The notes below the pieces were generated by a model. That model was not told the origin of the DNA. It saw nothing but the letters and a program-made list of their open reading frames with translations, and searched no databases. Shown here piece by piece: positions 24,469 through 37,325 of a stretch of DNA of 64,000 nucleotides. Position 1 is the first letter of the stretch. Each line of letters begins with the position of its first letter. The translations under genes and the position numbers were made by a program. The DNA is from Paraphysomonas bandaiensis (taxonomy: Eukaryota; Protista; Chrysophyceae): NCBI GenBank assembly GCA_965644295.1, contig CBFFRP010000333.1, positions 62,001-126,000 of the forward strand, in the 5' to 3' direction.

Positions 24469-24701
24469 CAAACATATAGTCAGCAGATATTCTTCTGCCC
24501 ACTCATAGCCGAATGTTTGTGTGGTACAAGGGACACCAATAAGTGTCACTTGTGTAGACGTCTTTGGGCCCTGACGAATACACAGGCATCCGGGAACGGA
24601 TTCACCTTACCGGAATCCGGGAATGAGCCTACCTGAAGGATGACCGGGGTATTGGGCTGCCTGCTGAAGTCAAGCATCCGGGATGTTCACCTTAAGAACT
24701 C
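24381..24701 (+). mobile_element. Ribozyme-headed SINE-like retroposon, copy 2 (3'-truncated)
   Basis: Same 5' start CCCTCAACAAAGTCGG; ends at CTTAAGAACTC where repeat A' begins. Confidence 0.75.
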
Positions 24702-24889
24702 AGAGCGGAAGTGGTCGCACCTTGGTGCTTGCGGCAACGCACAAGCAGCTTCCGTAGCGTTAAATAGTAGGATAAAAAAGTGTGTACTAATTAGTTACAG
24801 GTAGAGGTCTAACTAGTTTGTCTAGCATTCATCTAGCTACTAAGTTGGTGCAGGTTTTTAACGCCTATTGCTAATAATAAGACTTTCAA
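24702..24889 (-). repeat. Repeat A' (inverted copy of 24158-24344)
   Basis: Reverse-complement similarity to repeat A. A 16-nt piece (GCGGCAACGCACAAGC) also occurs at 23840-23855. Confidence 0.9.
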
Positions 24890-24892
24890 AAT

Positions 24893-25235
24893 AAGTGAGC
24901 AAGCAGAATGTTTATATAGCTGATATCTGCTAACTTCGGATACTTGACTTCAGCAGGCAGCCCAATACCCCGGTCATCCTTCAGGTAGACTCATTCCCGG
25001 ATTCCGGTAAGGTGAATCCGTTCCCGGATGCCTGTGTATTTGTCAAGGCCCTAAGACGTCTACACAAGTGACACTTATTGGTGTCCCTTGTACCACACAA
25101 ACATTCGGCCATGAGTGGACAGAACAATATATGCTGTCTATGTTTGCGGCTCACGTTAGTTTTTTCCGGAGAAATATCTCCGGTACTTATCCCTCAGAAC
25201 CCCACAAAAAGGTGCGAGTCCGACTTTGCTGAGGG
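24893..25235 (-). mobile_element. Ribozyme-headed SINE-like retroposon, copy 3 (inverted)
   Basis: Minus strand starts CCCTCAGCAAAGTCGGACTCGCACC and ends ACATTCTGCTTGCTCACTT. Confidence 0.75.
25147..25235 (-). ncRNA. HDV-like ribozyme candidate, copy 3 (probably degenerate)
   Basis: Perfect 7-bp P1 CCCTCAG/CTGAGGG, but L3 is TTTTTGT, P3' is GGG and the GAA side of the P4 loop-E motif is lost. Confidence 0.55.
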
Positions 25236-25618
25236 CGCACAGAGTACTATTAGCTAGACAATTATATAAACACTTGTCAGAGCATATAGTAGCACCTGGA
25301 TGCGAATCTATCAACTATTTAGTTGGTCATGGTAACATAACTACATTATTCTAGTTCCGTTGGGTCTATCTAGGACTTTAATTTCGGCAGAGACTTTGCA
25401 CGTAAAGTATGACATTTAAAGTTTTAATTCGTGCTAAGAAGTTAAGCTAGTATAACAACTGATATCGCAAAACCTTGGCTGTGGAATACTTTGGGAAATT
25501 AAGATGATCTCAATAAAACTCAGAACTTGAGAAAAAAGTACACACGGCAGTTCTGTGCCGATAGTGATGACTGAATCACTGTACAAAAATATTTAAACTA
25601 ATTAAATTAGCAAATATA

Positions 25619-28600
25619 TCAGGACTCATGATCTAAATTAAAATAGTTATCTATTAATACATCCATTGTATTGCCTAGAACGGAATCTTTCATATCGTAT
25701 ATACCACTCGCCCGCCCTTTCGACATCAGTTCAATTGCATGAATATGTATTGCAGGATTCCTAACAGTGTATCCATGCTGTGAAAATATGGCGGCTATTC
25801 TATTATCGCAGCGCGGAGCTCCCAAATAAAAGGCAGAGTCTTGAATGACTGCGTCTTGCACTGGTGCCTGAAATATCCACGCGTCCTGGCTATCAATTCT
25901 AGGATTCATATGAATGAAGGGTTTCAAAGGACTCCAGTCCGTCCACTTTTGAAGCGCGATTACAATGTCACGAAGTTGTAACTCAGAAACGCGTCCCAAT
26001 CTAACTAGTGACTCATCAAAGTATATATCAGAGTTCGCTGAGTGCGGTATTCGTTATGACAGAATAAAAAACTAGTAATCATGCATACCTAAAATAACAG
26101 TCCGACCAGCCAAATATTCATTTGCAAATATAAACGCATCCTGAAAAGTCAGTCGTTTTCCGGTTACGATTTGATGAATTTTATGACTATTCGGAAGATT
26201 TTCAAAAGAAAGTGTCTTCTCATTGAGCAAATAAATATCAGATATCAAAGGATTCACCAAATTTTTGGAAAGTGCATTCAAAATATCACCAGATATCGAT
26301 TTTGATGTAACGCTTTCAAAATAACATTGTGTTATAATAGCAATGCGATTTCCAACTTGATCGTCTGATAGGCTATACCCATACAGCTCCGAGGAGACAG
26401 AAGGTACCATCGGTTCGGGACGTAAAAGTCGAGCAAAATCATTCGCAGCTGTAGAAACTGCGGTAGTCTCATCGCTGTCTTTGGGTAACTCAACTAAACA
26501 CTCTCGGGTTGTCTCAATTATATGTCCGTACGAAAGCTGTATATGTCGAATTACGTCAACAAAGGACTTGCCCATCATTGGCAGCACATCTTTTCCACGG
26601 ATAGCCTATATGCCTTCTGAATAAGATAGTTAAAATATCTACTTGCTCACCTTGTAGAGATCATTCAATGGAGAAATACTTTTCTCTGACCATTTCACAA
26701 CAGAAAACAAAATGAGATATGCACCACCTTCTGTGACACTGGGAATATTCATGATTCCAGTCGCAGTTTCTATACATTCAACATATCTGCACACAAGTTT
26801 ACCAAACCGAGTAGGTTGAGAATTATCAGGAATACCTCCCAAATCTGTGAAGCGCTGTCATCAGGCTATTTTCAATGGACTGTACACACGACAAAAATAT
26901 CAGAGCGTATATGAAGTGCATGTAAGTGCAACTCTACTTTTTTAGGGAATTCGAATATAGCACTCTTTATTGCAGATACGTGCTCCGTCGTTCGAAGAGC
27001 ACTGTAGAGACTACTTATTGCTCGATCTTCATCCAATGCATACACAGCGGCAACACCAATGCATCCAAACACCTCGCTGCTCTCCTCCCCTTTCGCCAGA
27101 AGTTCCGCTGCAGCAGTTTCGCAGAATGATATTGCTGAGCTATATTCTGCCCGAAAGTACTACAGAAAAAGGATGATAAGCAGCCAATCCCAATTTGCAT
27201 CTCCCACCTGAATGATTCCAACTTCTAGTAGTAACAGTGGATCTCGAGGATACTCAGCCACAGCGCTAACTCCGAGCTCATATGCCTGGTTGAAATCCCC
27301 TGCCCCAGGTAAACTTGCGTTAATGAGTAATAACATGCGTAATACCACACACCACTCAGAGCAGTAGACTGAATTCGACTCAGAACTACTTCTCGCTTCG
27401 TATTTATACGCACAGTTTGCACGGTCTCTGGGTTGGGTTTATTTCCTCCTGACACTGTCCATCTGCTCTTTGGTGATTTCTCTACCGTTGGCTCAGTGTT
27501 CAAAATAGCTGACTTCTCAGAAGCTTCGTCGGAATCAAACCTCCAATTCCTGAAAATAGGCAACAACTCTGTCGAGTTCATTTCACTGGGCAGTGATGGT
27601 CGACCAGAAGAGTCTAAAAGCCATGTTTCCTTGCCCCGACGTGAATCAAACGATATTTGGTTCTCCAGTCTTAACGACCTTAATCTAGTTTCTGTGACCA
27701 CATCACGCCCGGTAGTTAAAATGAATTCCTCCCAAGTTGGAGGGGCGAAACCGCCAGCTACCGCGAGAAATTTCGACCACTCATACGGGTGTTCCATGTC
27801 GTCCCATACCATCCACGAGCGTGCGCGAATGAGTCCCCTAATATACTCCATGTAGCAAGGATCACTGCAGAGCCGTGTGGCAATTGAGACATACTCCGAC
27901 ATATTCCTTGCTACAAGTTCTGGGAGATTCATTGTTCGCAACAACGCGGCACCCATTCTCCCCCTAAGGTACTCCGATGGAAGGGTGATAAATGGCACAC
28001 CCATTGCAATGCCATCAGCAGCTGTTCGAGATCCATCAAAAGGAAATGGATGAAGTAATAAATCAGCAATCTTGAGCAGCCCCAAAAATTTTTCAGAGGA
28101 GACTCTGCCAATCATATGGCAGCGATCGACATGGGGCCCTAATGCTTTTTCGAGTCGTCCCACAAACCTATCTGTCCACCGCTGCCTTCGACCAGCCGTG
28201 ACAACCAGTCTTGCATTGGGATTGTTTTGTAATAACTCTCCCAAAACTCTGTCGAACGAAGGATGAATTTTAAATACACTCTGAGGGCAGAAAAAAATAA
28301 ACCAGTCTTCTGCGAACCCAAATTCAGCGCGCGTGTATTCCCTAGACGCAGAGACATTCATTCGCCTGGTAATGTCTTCATTCTCTTCTGAAAGAGGAAA
28401 CGTGTACCAAATACCTTGTCCTGGCAGTAAAACCACTTGTTCTGTATACGGATTCTCTTCGTCGGTGAGTCTAGTGCGGTATGGATGTTCCATGTAGTCT
28501 GATGAAATGAAGTAGTCCATGTGCTGTGATCCCGAAGTTATAGGATTGCCCCAGAAAGTCACCTGAACAGAAGCCAGTCGAGAGTGGGCCAAAAAATGAG

Positions 28601-30224
28601 TCATTGGTTCGCTAAGCGTATCCGCAAATACCAGTATGTCCAGTTGCAAATCGCATATTTGGTTCACAGCGTTCATGTGCTCTAAGTGAATGTATAACAC
28701 TCGGTCTGCAAAGTTTTCGATGAAAGGCGAGAGTATCTTTCCATCAGTAAGCACGACCGGTAAAGCGATGACCTCGAAGTGCGATCGTGGAAGGTATCTA
28801 ATGACACCATCTAGAAGCATACCGTGGGGTTCAAAAACCCCAAAATATTTAGATATAAATCCTACTCGCACACGCCGCTGCAGAGTTGACAAGGTAGTTG
28901 ACCGGTATGGCTGCACAATTTCACTTTGCTTGACGTCAGTGACAGAGGGGTGCAGAAGATGTGGAGCAATCTTAGAGAAATTTCGAATGTTTAACTGATA
29001 CGCAGCTGCGATGAGTTCTTGTATTGGCCGGTCATTGAGGCCGTGATAAACTAAGTAGAAATGAATCCGATCTAATGACGAGTCCAGAAGCTGATAATAA
29101 CCCTTTTCTGGTACTGGTAATTTGAGAAGCTCAAGAAGACGCTTTATCATTCTGTCACGTTCTGTCATCATATGCTCCCACGACTGCGCAACAGGAGATA
29201 GGAGGGTTGCAATACGCACTTCGATCATTCTCGCATGGTTACTGATGTTTACCGCACGTGCCAACAACTTTTCGGCTTCGTCCATAAGTCCCTCATCCTG
29301 GTAGTAGGATGCTAGATTTATCAGGGCATTTTCCATGTACGGATCTAATTGAAGAGACCGTTGGAGCATTTCAACTCCCCTTTCCACGACATTCATCAAC
29401 AATAGAAGACTACCGTAATTGTTCAGGAATCCAGCTTCATCTTGCTTCGTCTCATACACGAGACCATAAATATGACTCGCCTGCTTGAAATCCCCTAGTG
29501 CCTGGTACACTGCCCCCAGGTTAATATATGCTGGGGAATAGTCAGGGTGCATTCTAATAATACTATCATACACAATGCGAGCTTCGTCAAACATACTCTG
29601 GTAGTGATATGCCAATCCTAGATTGAAAGCGACCATGCGCTCACTAGGAAACTCCTGCAACGCTGGTACACCGAGCTCAACAGCTTCAGGATACATTCGC
29701 AGCAGGCACAAATGCTCCAGTGCCTTCGCCCAACCCACATTGGCATTCTCTCCAAATGATTGTGCCGCTTTGCGAAAGCAATTAAGTGCATCCGCTCTTC
29801 GTTCCATTGACATGTACAACACTCCAGCTGTAAAGTGCACATTAAATGAATTGATACCATTAGCAATCGCTTGATGATAAATACGCTCTGCTTCAAGAAG
29901 AGTGCCACTCTGTCGTAGAGACTCCATATAGTTCGCGACTGTCTCTGTATTGGACCATCCCCCATTATCCAGTGCTATTTTTAAATACTGTGTGGCTAAA
30001 CCTGGCTGTTGACTAAGAGTATAAACTGATCCTAGAACTCCATTTGCATTGGCATTATTAGGCTCGTACTGAAGTGCTTCTAGTATATGTTTCTCAGCGG
30101 AATTGAGGTCATTCTCTGCTGCATATCTGAGAGCACTCTTATAGTGGAATAAGAACTCATTCTCAGCCACACACACCCATAACACACACAGATATAACAC
30201 AGATGATATCCATATAACAGTCAT
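25619..30224 (-). CDS. Signal-peptide TPR + GT41 (OGT/SPINDLY-like) glycosyltransferase fused to a C-terminal GT-A-like domain
   Basis: Hydrophobic N-term MTVIWISSVLYLCVLWVCVA; TPRs; RVRVGFIS, LDILVFAD, SRLASVQVTFWGNPITSG...MDYFIS, CPQSVFKIHPSF, RGRMG. Downstream exons spliced in frame give RLTFQDAF...ANSDIYFD...DSQDAWIF...CDNRIA. Confidence 0.85.
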
Positions 30225-30405
30225 TGCACTAGGGAAGATTATATGGGAGTGTTCTACTGCACAGAGGCTATAAATATGAGCATATCTGATCTGTTCGACA
30301 GCTCAGAGCACAGCAGTGTGATGAACGCACGAGGCTGCCATAAACCAACTGTGCAGACATACGCAATATACGGACTGTATTCCAGTCCTAGACATCAAAA
30401 AAAAT

Positions 30406-30477
30406 TTCCCGATCCGGGAATTGAACCCGGGTCTCAGCCTTGAGAGGGCTATATCCTAACCACTGGACTAATCGGGA
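30406..30477 (-). tRNA. tRNA-Glu(CTC)
   Basis: TCCCGATTAGTCCAGTGGTTAGGATATAGCCCTCTCAAGGCTGAGACCCGGGTTCAATTCCCGGATCGGGAA: cloverleaf, anticodon CTC, T8 terminator downstream. Confidence 0.97.
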
Positions 30478-31521
30478 CATCCGACTGATGGTTACATAAA
30501 ATATTGAAAATATAAATGAAAAGTACTTCTATGAGTTGTATGTATGAGCACTATGCACTATGTATATGATATCTAGATATGATTGTGACAGATATCCTCA
30601 TTCAGGGTTATCACCACTGCTATTGCCCCTATCGCATTAATTGCCTTATTAGCAGGGTGTAATGAGAGGTATCAGGACGCGTGTATGTATTAGTGCTGTT
30701 ATCACATGAAAGTCCGCTGCCTCGTTGACATGGTAGACTCGGTCTTTGCATCGGTCTTTGCATCATAACTTATCGTCAAGACTCTTTAAATATGGCATAA
30801 ATATCAAAACTCAATATGCGGTGCAGGATGAGGTGTCAAAATCAGCATGAGGGTATGCGTATCTGGGGTTGACTAATCAGCCTTCACACTCATGTCTGAA
30901 TCCCGATTGCTTAATTCACGATATCAAGATACATTCAACATTTCGTAATTTCTGTGTGTACTGCGTAGTATTGTGAAGTAGTGTTTCGAATGATATTATA
31001 TAAAGCTTATACGGATTAATTCCTCTGTGCGTATTATCGCACAAAAGTTTTCACCAGTTCAGTGTCGTATCAGAAACCAACTGGAAGAGTGTTTGTATAC
31101 ACGGAGTAGGTACATCTTGTCCATTAATTGCATACAAGTATGTGTGCTGTATACTGTACATATTATATAGTACTAAATAGCAATGGGGAAGTGATTTGTG
31201 CATCGCATTCATGCGACGTTTGAGAATCGGAATTACTAGATTAGGTGTAGGGATTTTTATGCGTTCGATTCTGCCGCTGAATATTTTCCACTAAGGCGAA
31301 ATAGCAGCAATATATGATCGACCGTATACTACTTTGTTATTTTCTATAGACAGTACTTGTTTCGTGGTGTTTGTAATACATACTAAATACCCTTAAGTTA
31401 TTATTCCTTCAAGTAGTACAGAAGAGAAACGCTAGATTGAACTCACAGTACTTCAAGTAAATCTATAGATTATACAGATGGCACCCGTTACTTCGAATAA
31501 CTATGATCTTTCATAGTAGTT

Positions 31522-33065
31522 CTATGAACATAAACTGTGGAAAACAAAATCAGTTTCATCCATGATGATGCTATAAACTAATAGACATAGCGCACAAACG
31601 AGCACCCCAACAAGGGCAAATATCGTGAGACTAGGCCGATTGAAGTAGTATGTGAGTATTATCGTCATTTTCCTTCCTGTAAAGCCACCAACCAGACCAA
31701 TACCCATCATCCAAGCAGCGTAAGTCCATTGCATGTCTCCTTTCACTGTGTACATGAGCACACTCGATGCAGAAACGAACATGGACAGGACAGATGTCGT
31801 GGCAGAGCATACCTGGGGGAGAACGCCCATACTGAGTAGTAATGGACCCATAAGCTCTCCCCCACCTATGCCGAGGAGAGAACACAAGCATCCTACAATG
31901 AATGTGATGCAAGGAGGTAGGAACGAAGCCTAAAAAGCCAATAAGTGGAAAAAATCTTTGATGATTACGTACGGCCTACCTCACTCCAGTTGATATCTGA
32001 TTCAAGTCGGGATATAGGGTGAGACTCCTGCTTCCTAAGATAGAAGACTTACTACATTCCATCCAATCCTCATATATGTACATTAACGCAGTCGCTCTTT
32101 GTCAGGTTTTACAGTAAAATTGCTTACCTCCGCACGTAGATGAGCCCGCCACAACTAACAGCTATGAGAACTGGATACATGGCTCCAAGTACAGTGTAGT
32201 ACTTCCAAGAGCATTGGGAATAAGTGTGCATGAGAATGATCATTGTTGCAGAGTAACTCCAGAGTACCAATAGTGTGTTGATAATATCCCACGGAATAAC
32301 AAGAGCGTGTAGAAGTATTTCGCGAGATACTTGCATGCTCATAGCTTGTTCAGCCAATATATCGAATTCATCCTTGTTAACACTTATTGTGGGTAAGCAG
32401 TTAGTAGTGTCTTCATTTACTTTATGGGAAATAAGGAATCGTGTGCCACTGATAGCACACTCACTGCCAGTGGACAAGCTGTCCTCAATATCGGTCACCT
32501 TTTCATTCAGCTCCTCCTGCATAAGGGGCTGTCGCAGTGCAACTAACTCCGATGTTTCGCGCTTCCAACGAACCAAACCTTTCTGTAGTGTCTTCAAACC
32601 GGCAAAACAGAGGGTGATCATTGCCAGTACCATCAGAACAGTTTTAGGAGCAACGGAGGCGATAATCACTCCAATACTAGAACCCCCTAACTGAGCTGGG
32701 AGAAGTACTAAAATAGCATCCCAGTAGATAAGCGGCCTCGCCAAATCATATGGATGACGAGAATTGTAGTTTAGTGAGAACTGAGCTAGAATGTTTCCAA
32801 ACACCGCACACAGAGACAATACAACAGCTTTGGAAAAACTAAAACCAAAAATAACTATTAGCACTGGCAGACACAGACCCCCGCCACCTATACCAGCAGA
32901 AGAAGCGAGTGTTGCGCTGAAGAATAGAGCAATACTTCCACCAATCTCTCCTGCAGGAGTCATATGTTCCCTGTCTAAGCCAGCAGTGGTTTGTATGTGT
33001 ATATAATATACTTGCACTATTTGTTTGGTCAACTGCCAGATAAATGCCCATTTCTTACCATCCAC
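31522..33065 (-). CDS. Sulfite exporter TauE/SafE (DUF81) family membrane protein
   Basis: Two GIGGG motifs (ASSAGIGGGGLCLP; SLLGIGGGELMGPLLL), RPLIYWD, PQVCSATTS; many TM helices. Start uncertain. Confidence 0.85.
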
Positions 33066-34805
33066 TCTCCCAACATCACCTTCATACCAGATTCTTGCAG
33101 CTCTATTAGAGATGGGTGTCTGTCCAGTTCTTCACTCAAACCACGTGTTTAGAATAGAAGGCCTGCTGGTAGATATGTACAACTGTATACTGCATACCGC
33201 CGTACACTGCTATATGGCACGGCACTGTATTCCAGCACCGTATAATGCGGTTATCTCGACTCTTCCAATCAGAGCAGAGGAGACAGCACCAGCAGCACAG
33301 AAGGGATGTGCCAATGTGTGTGTTGTGTACATAATGTGGACACTGGCATACTGCATCCAGATAACACACTATCTATGAATATAGAGGTTGATAGCGAGTG
33401 AAACATTAAAATGGTGTCTGGCTGATAGAGTAACGATGAACAAAACACTCTGACAAGCCAGAAAGGTGAGCACCTAGAGTAACTTATATCATGAACATGC
33501 TCAGTGTAATATAAATTGAGTGCAAGTGATGGACATATCGCGGATGGACCTCGAAGACTGTCCAGATGAAGCTATGTGTTCAGTCTTCGGACTCATCAGT
33601 ATCACGATTTGGGCTTCGGCTAATGGGTGAGGGTATTACCAGCGGAAAAAAATTCCGACGCATGGAATGTATTCTGGGGAACAGAGTTCAACCAGACGGA
33701 AACATGTATGCATGGATGATATAGGAGTATTAGATATTCAAAAACCTGTATTATATGATAGCAGTAAAAAATAATAGTTGACACAGAAATAGTGAAGCCG
33801 CAATGGAGTTTATCGGTGTGGTGAATGCGAAGGAAGAACAGCTGAAAACCACAAAGAATGAGGTTAACAAATTTTTGTTTTTATGGAAGATATCGTAGTA
33901 GTAATTATGAAGACTCTCTTGTTTATGCTCGAGTACTAGTTCGAAGTGATAAGATGATGAGATAGTGAGGAGAACAATGAGGAGATAGGACCCAAGTAGG
34001 AACGTGGGATGAGGGTGATCGGATTGGAGAAGAATACAATAGTATAAAATATAAACCAATGCTCTCACGGTTAAGAAGCAGAACAGTTGCTAAGCAAGAT
34101 ATAAGAGAAGAAATGTGTATTTGATCCCTGCAGAAAAGATACTAAATTTGGTAAAGGCGTCAAGAATAGACAATAGACACTGTATACACTACACGGTACA
34201 GAAGAATACGAAGAACGGGAAAGGCTCAACGCTAATAAGTAAAATTGACGACCCTCAAAAAGTGCACGGGCACTGGCAGCTACACCGTTTCAATATATGG
34301 TGCAGTAAAGGCGGGATGAATAGCTGAGAAAGTGGAATGACGATTAGGTAAAGGGAAGTGTCACTGATGCAATAATATATGAAAGTGTAACTAGTAACTA
34401 ATGTTGAGGACATATATTTTGCAAGGGAACCAACTAGAGGTTTATAGTCGTCATATATGGACAATTAATCTGATCATATATCATATTCTGACACTTCAAG
34501 TTATAAGTATATGGTAATAAGAAGCGAGATAGCGGTTGAATTTGTTTGCCTAGATGAGGTCAAATCTCGGTGTATAGTTATACTCAACACTAGGAGTTAA
34601 TATCACAGTTTAGAGCTATATCTTTCTCATATTACATCTATATAATTTCAGAATTATCGGTCCGAATGTTGTTATTTCATTTCAGTGAAGTAGAATTTCT
34701 AAAAAGCTATGCGGACAAAGTAATACACACTAGTTGGCATGAGCAAGTTGACAAGAGAAATTCACAAAACGATATCAGTAGTACTGTACGCCAACTGGTA
34801 ATAGA

Positions 34806-37325
34806 CTAATATCCAAAGACACACTGCATGATCTGTAAACAAAATGTGAGTATTGCTCATGAATATGTACATAATACAACCTTAAGGACAAACTGGATGC
34901 ACAGTGCGAAGATAAGGAGGATGGTTATGATCACAGGGCCCATTGGGTCATCCCATCTACACAGCGACTACGCGTCACAACATAATAAGCCCGAAATATA
35001 ATTCCAACCTAGTAGAATCGCGGTTTCGAATCTTACTACTCCTCCACAGGTACGTGTTGAGTGGGTACACAATAAATAGTAAAGCTATTGGGAGAAGAAT
35101 GAGGGCGTAAATTTGCACTTGACCTACAAACCATGTTATGTGTACAACTGTGGGTATACAAAAACACGTACTGTCTGTTGGGGAAAAGGCAAGCACTCCA
35201 GTGGAGGCAGCGGACAGCATTACTGCCATATGAAGCCACTTCACAAATGTCCGTTCGTTCGCGAAAAATAGCTTTGGCTCAACCTTCGTGTAAATCAGAT
35301 TAATATATAGCATATTCCATAAACCGATACCTTTTGAGGAGTCAATTTCATGTGATCATCCATCTCAGTAGCCCACTCACAACAGAAAAATGACTGAGGA
35401 AACTTGAAGCATTCATATTCCATGCATCCAAACCACTCCGTATCATCCCTATTCAAGTCTTCACTAGGGAGACGTGTAGGAACTACGCCAGTCTGAGATG
35501 ACGGTGGAGTGCGAGGTACAAACTTCGGCGGCTGTACCTTTGGTTTCCCATCCTTTCCGTGTGGAATAAGGTGGGAGTAATGCTGGTTTGCACCAGTGGG
35601 CTTCTCCAATATATGTGCCGCACCAGAAGAAATGATACTGCTCGCAAGTGTGGGATCATCGATCCAGTAAGGAACTGCTTGTACGTCTTCCGGCATAAGA
35701 GTTGCACACCCGTGGATAAACTTCGAAAATTTATGTACTTGCATAAGCATGCCAGACTCAATCAATTCTGTAACCCACTCGGGGGTTGAGTTTTCGCCTT
35801 CTAACTGAAGCTTAATTTCCAGTACAGCGTGAGGAAATCGAGTAATTTCATCCTTAGGGACAGGCGTAGACGGGTCGCGATACCACCGTGAGCCACTTAT
35901 CACCTCTTCCGTTCTCTCGCATATCATGCACAGATTTGTGTCAAGAGACACTCTCACAGTTGCATCAAAAGGAATCTGGAAGGCTGTGCGCATGTATTGA
36001 GTACGCATCGTGGGCTCTAGCTGCTTTGAATTGATCGCCTGCTTGACCTCTTCCACCAGTAGACTGTAATCAGCAATATCTTGCTCACTCTTACCCTTGG
36101 CAGCCATACGCTCCTGTTCCGCGCGTAAATCGAAATCTCCTCGCAATATACTCGGAACTTGGGTCTCATTCACAATAAACCGTTCCTTTACACTAACTTC
36201 CCCAGCCCAACTCTCCCGATGCGTCTTTCGCTCCACGAACACCGTCTCAGGAGTACTGGTTCCGTACCATCGCATGCGCAAGGCAATAGCGCCAGGGGTC
36301 TTGTCCAGTCTCCCATGGTACAACTCCAGTTTACGGTTATCAAGATAGACTGAGTTTACTAACTGGGCGTCGGTTTCACCTGACAACATGTCCTTTTGAA
36401 GGAAGACAGGGAGGTGTTGCAGAACAATGTACTTTACGCGGCTAATATTCTCCGTGTGAACCCAATACTTTGTTGTCGACCGGACAAAGTCCTATACACG
36501 GTTTTAGATATGACAGAAGCATGTATGAGTAAGATAAGGTGCATACACTTCTTTGGTGTCATATTTAACAGTTTCATCATGTACTGATTCATAATCTCGT
36601 TATGTTACCTGCTTCTCTGATTCCTGGTTTGCGGCTTCTTCGTCCCCTCGAATCGAGCTGTACAAACTACTCATCTTGACGATGATATCGGAATAGTCCC
36701 CGCGAACCCAGCGCTGATCATGAAGACGATTAATATAGAAAGCTTTACAAGGGTTCGGGAGACGCTTATCATGCTTCTTCAATATTTTGTGAAATGCAGT
36801 GAAATTCAAATTCACAAATTTCTCTAGTTTTAGAAAGTTCTCAGCCACTTCATCAACCTGTGTGTACAATAAGATAGTATACTTAAAAAGAAAGTGGGAA
36901 GTAAAGCGTACCTCATGTTGAAGTGCAACAAGTGCTTCGTCGTCCATGTTGTCGATATCCTTTTGCTCACAGCGTTGTAGTGTGGCACGAATATCAGCTA
37001 CCTATATGCCACCACAGTTACATGATGTACGAATGAACACAAAAAAAATATCTATCACCATCTTCGCAGTAAAAGTTTCGATCTTCTTCATTTCGTCTTC
37101 TATCATAGTGAAGAAACTCTCCTGTGTGACATTACTAGCAGGGGCAGGTACTCCCGCAGCATTGGTAGGTCTCGCCACACTAAGAGATGTCCCCACACCA
37201 GGTTTAGGTGAGGCGATATCAACACTTTGAAGTGACTTGATGACTTTCTTCAGGTAATCATAGTCGACATACATAGCCTCCCATCCTGGCTCTTTATTCT
37301 CACTTAAATACAAGCCAAACTTCAT
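34806..37325 (-). CDS. VTC4: Vacuolar transporter chaperone 4 / polyphosphate polymerase (SPX-VTC-DUF202)
   Basis: SPX (MKFG...YVDYDYLKK; LNFTAFHKILKKHDK), VTC catalytic domain (NSVYLDN, ALRMRWY, VFVERKTHRESW, RTAFQIP, KFSKFIHG), VEPKLFFANERTF + 3 TM. Confidence 0.96.

Noticed and set aside
22699-25235. Fanzor/TnpB omega-RNA, CRISPR array or DIRS termini
   Set aside because: No RuvC, Cas, RT or tyrosine-recombinase motifs recognisable nearby, and no regular repeat-spacer structure.
33420-34460. Purine-skewed, coding-like stretch
   Set aside because: Plus-strand frames are riddled with stops and show no recognisable family; cannot support a call.
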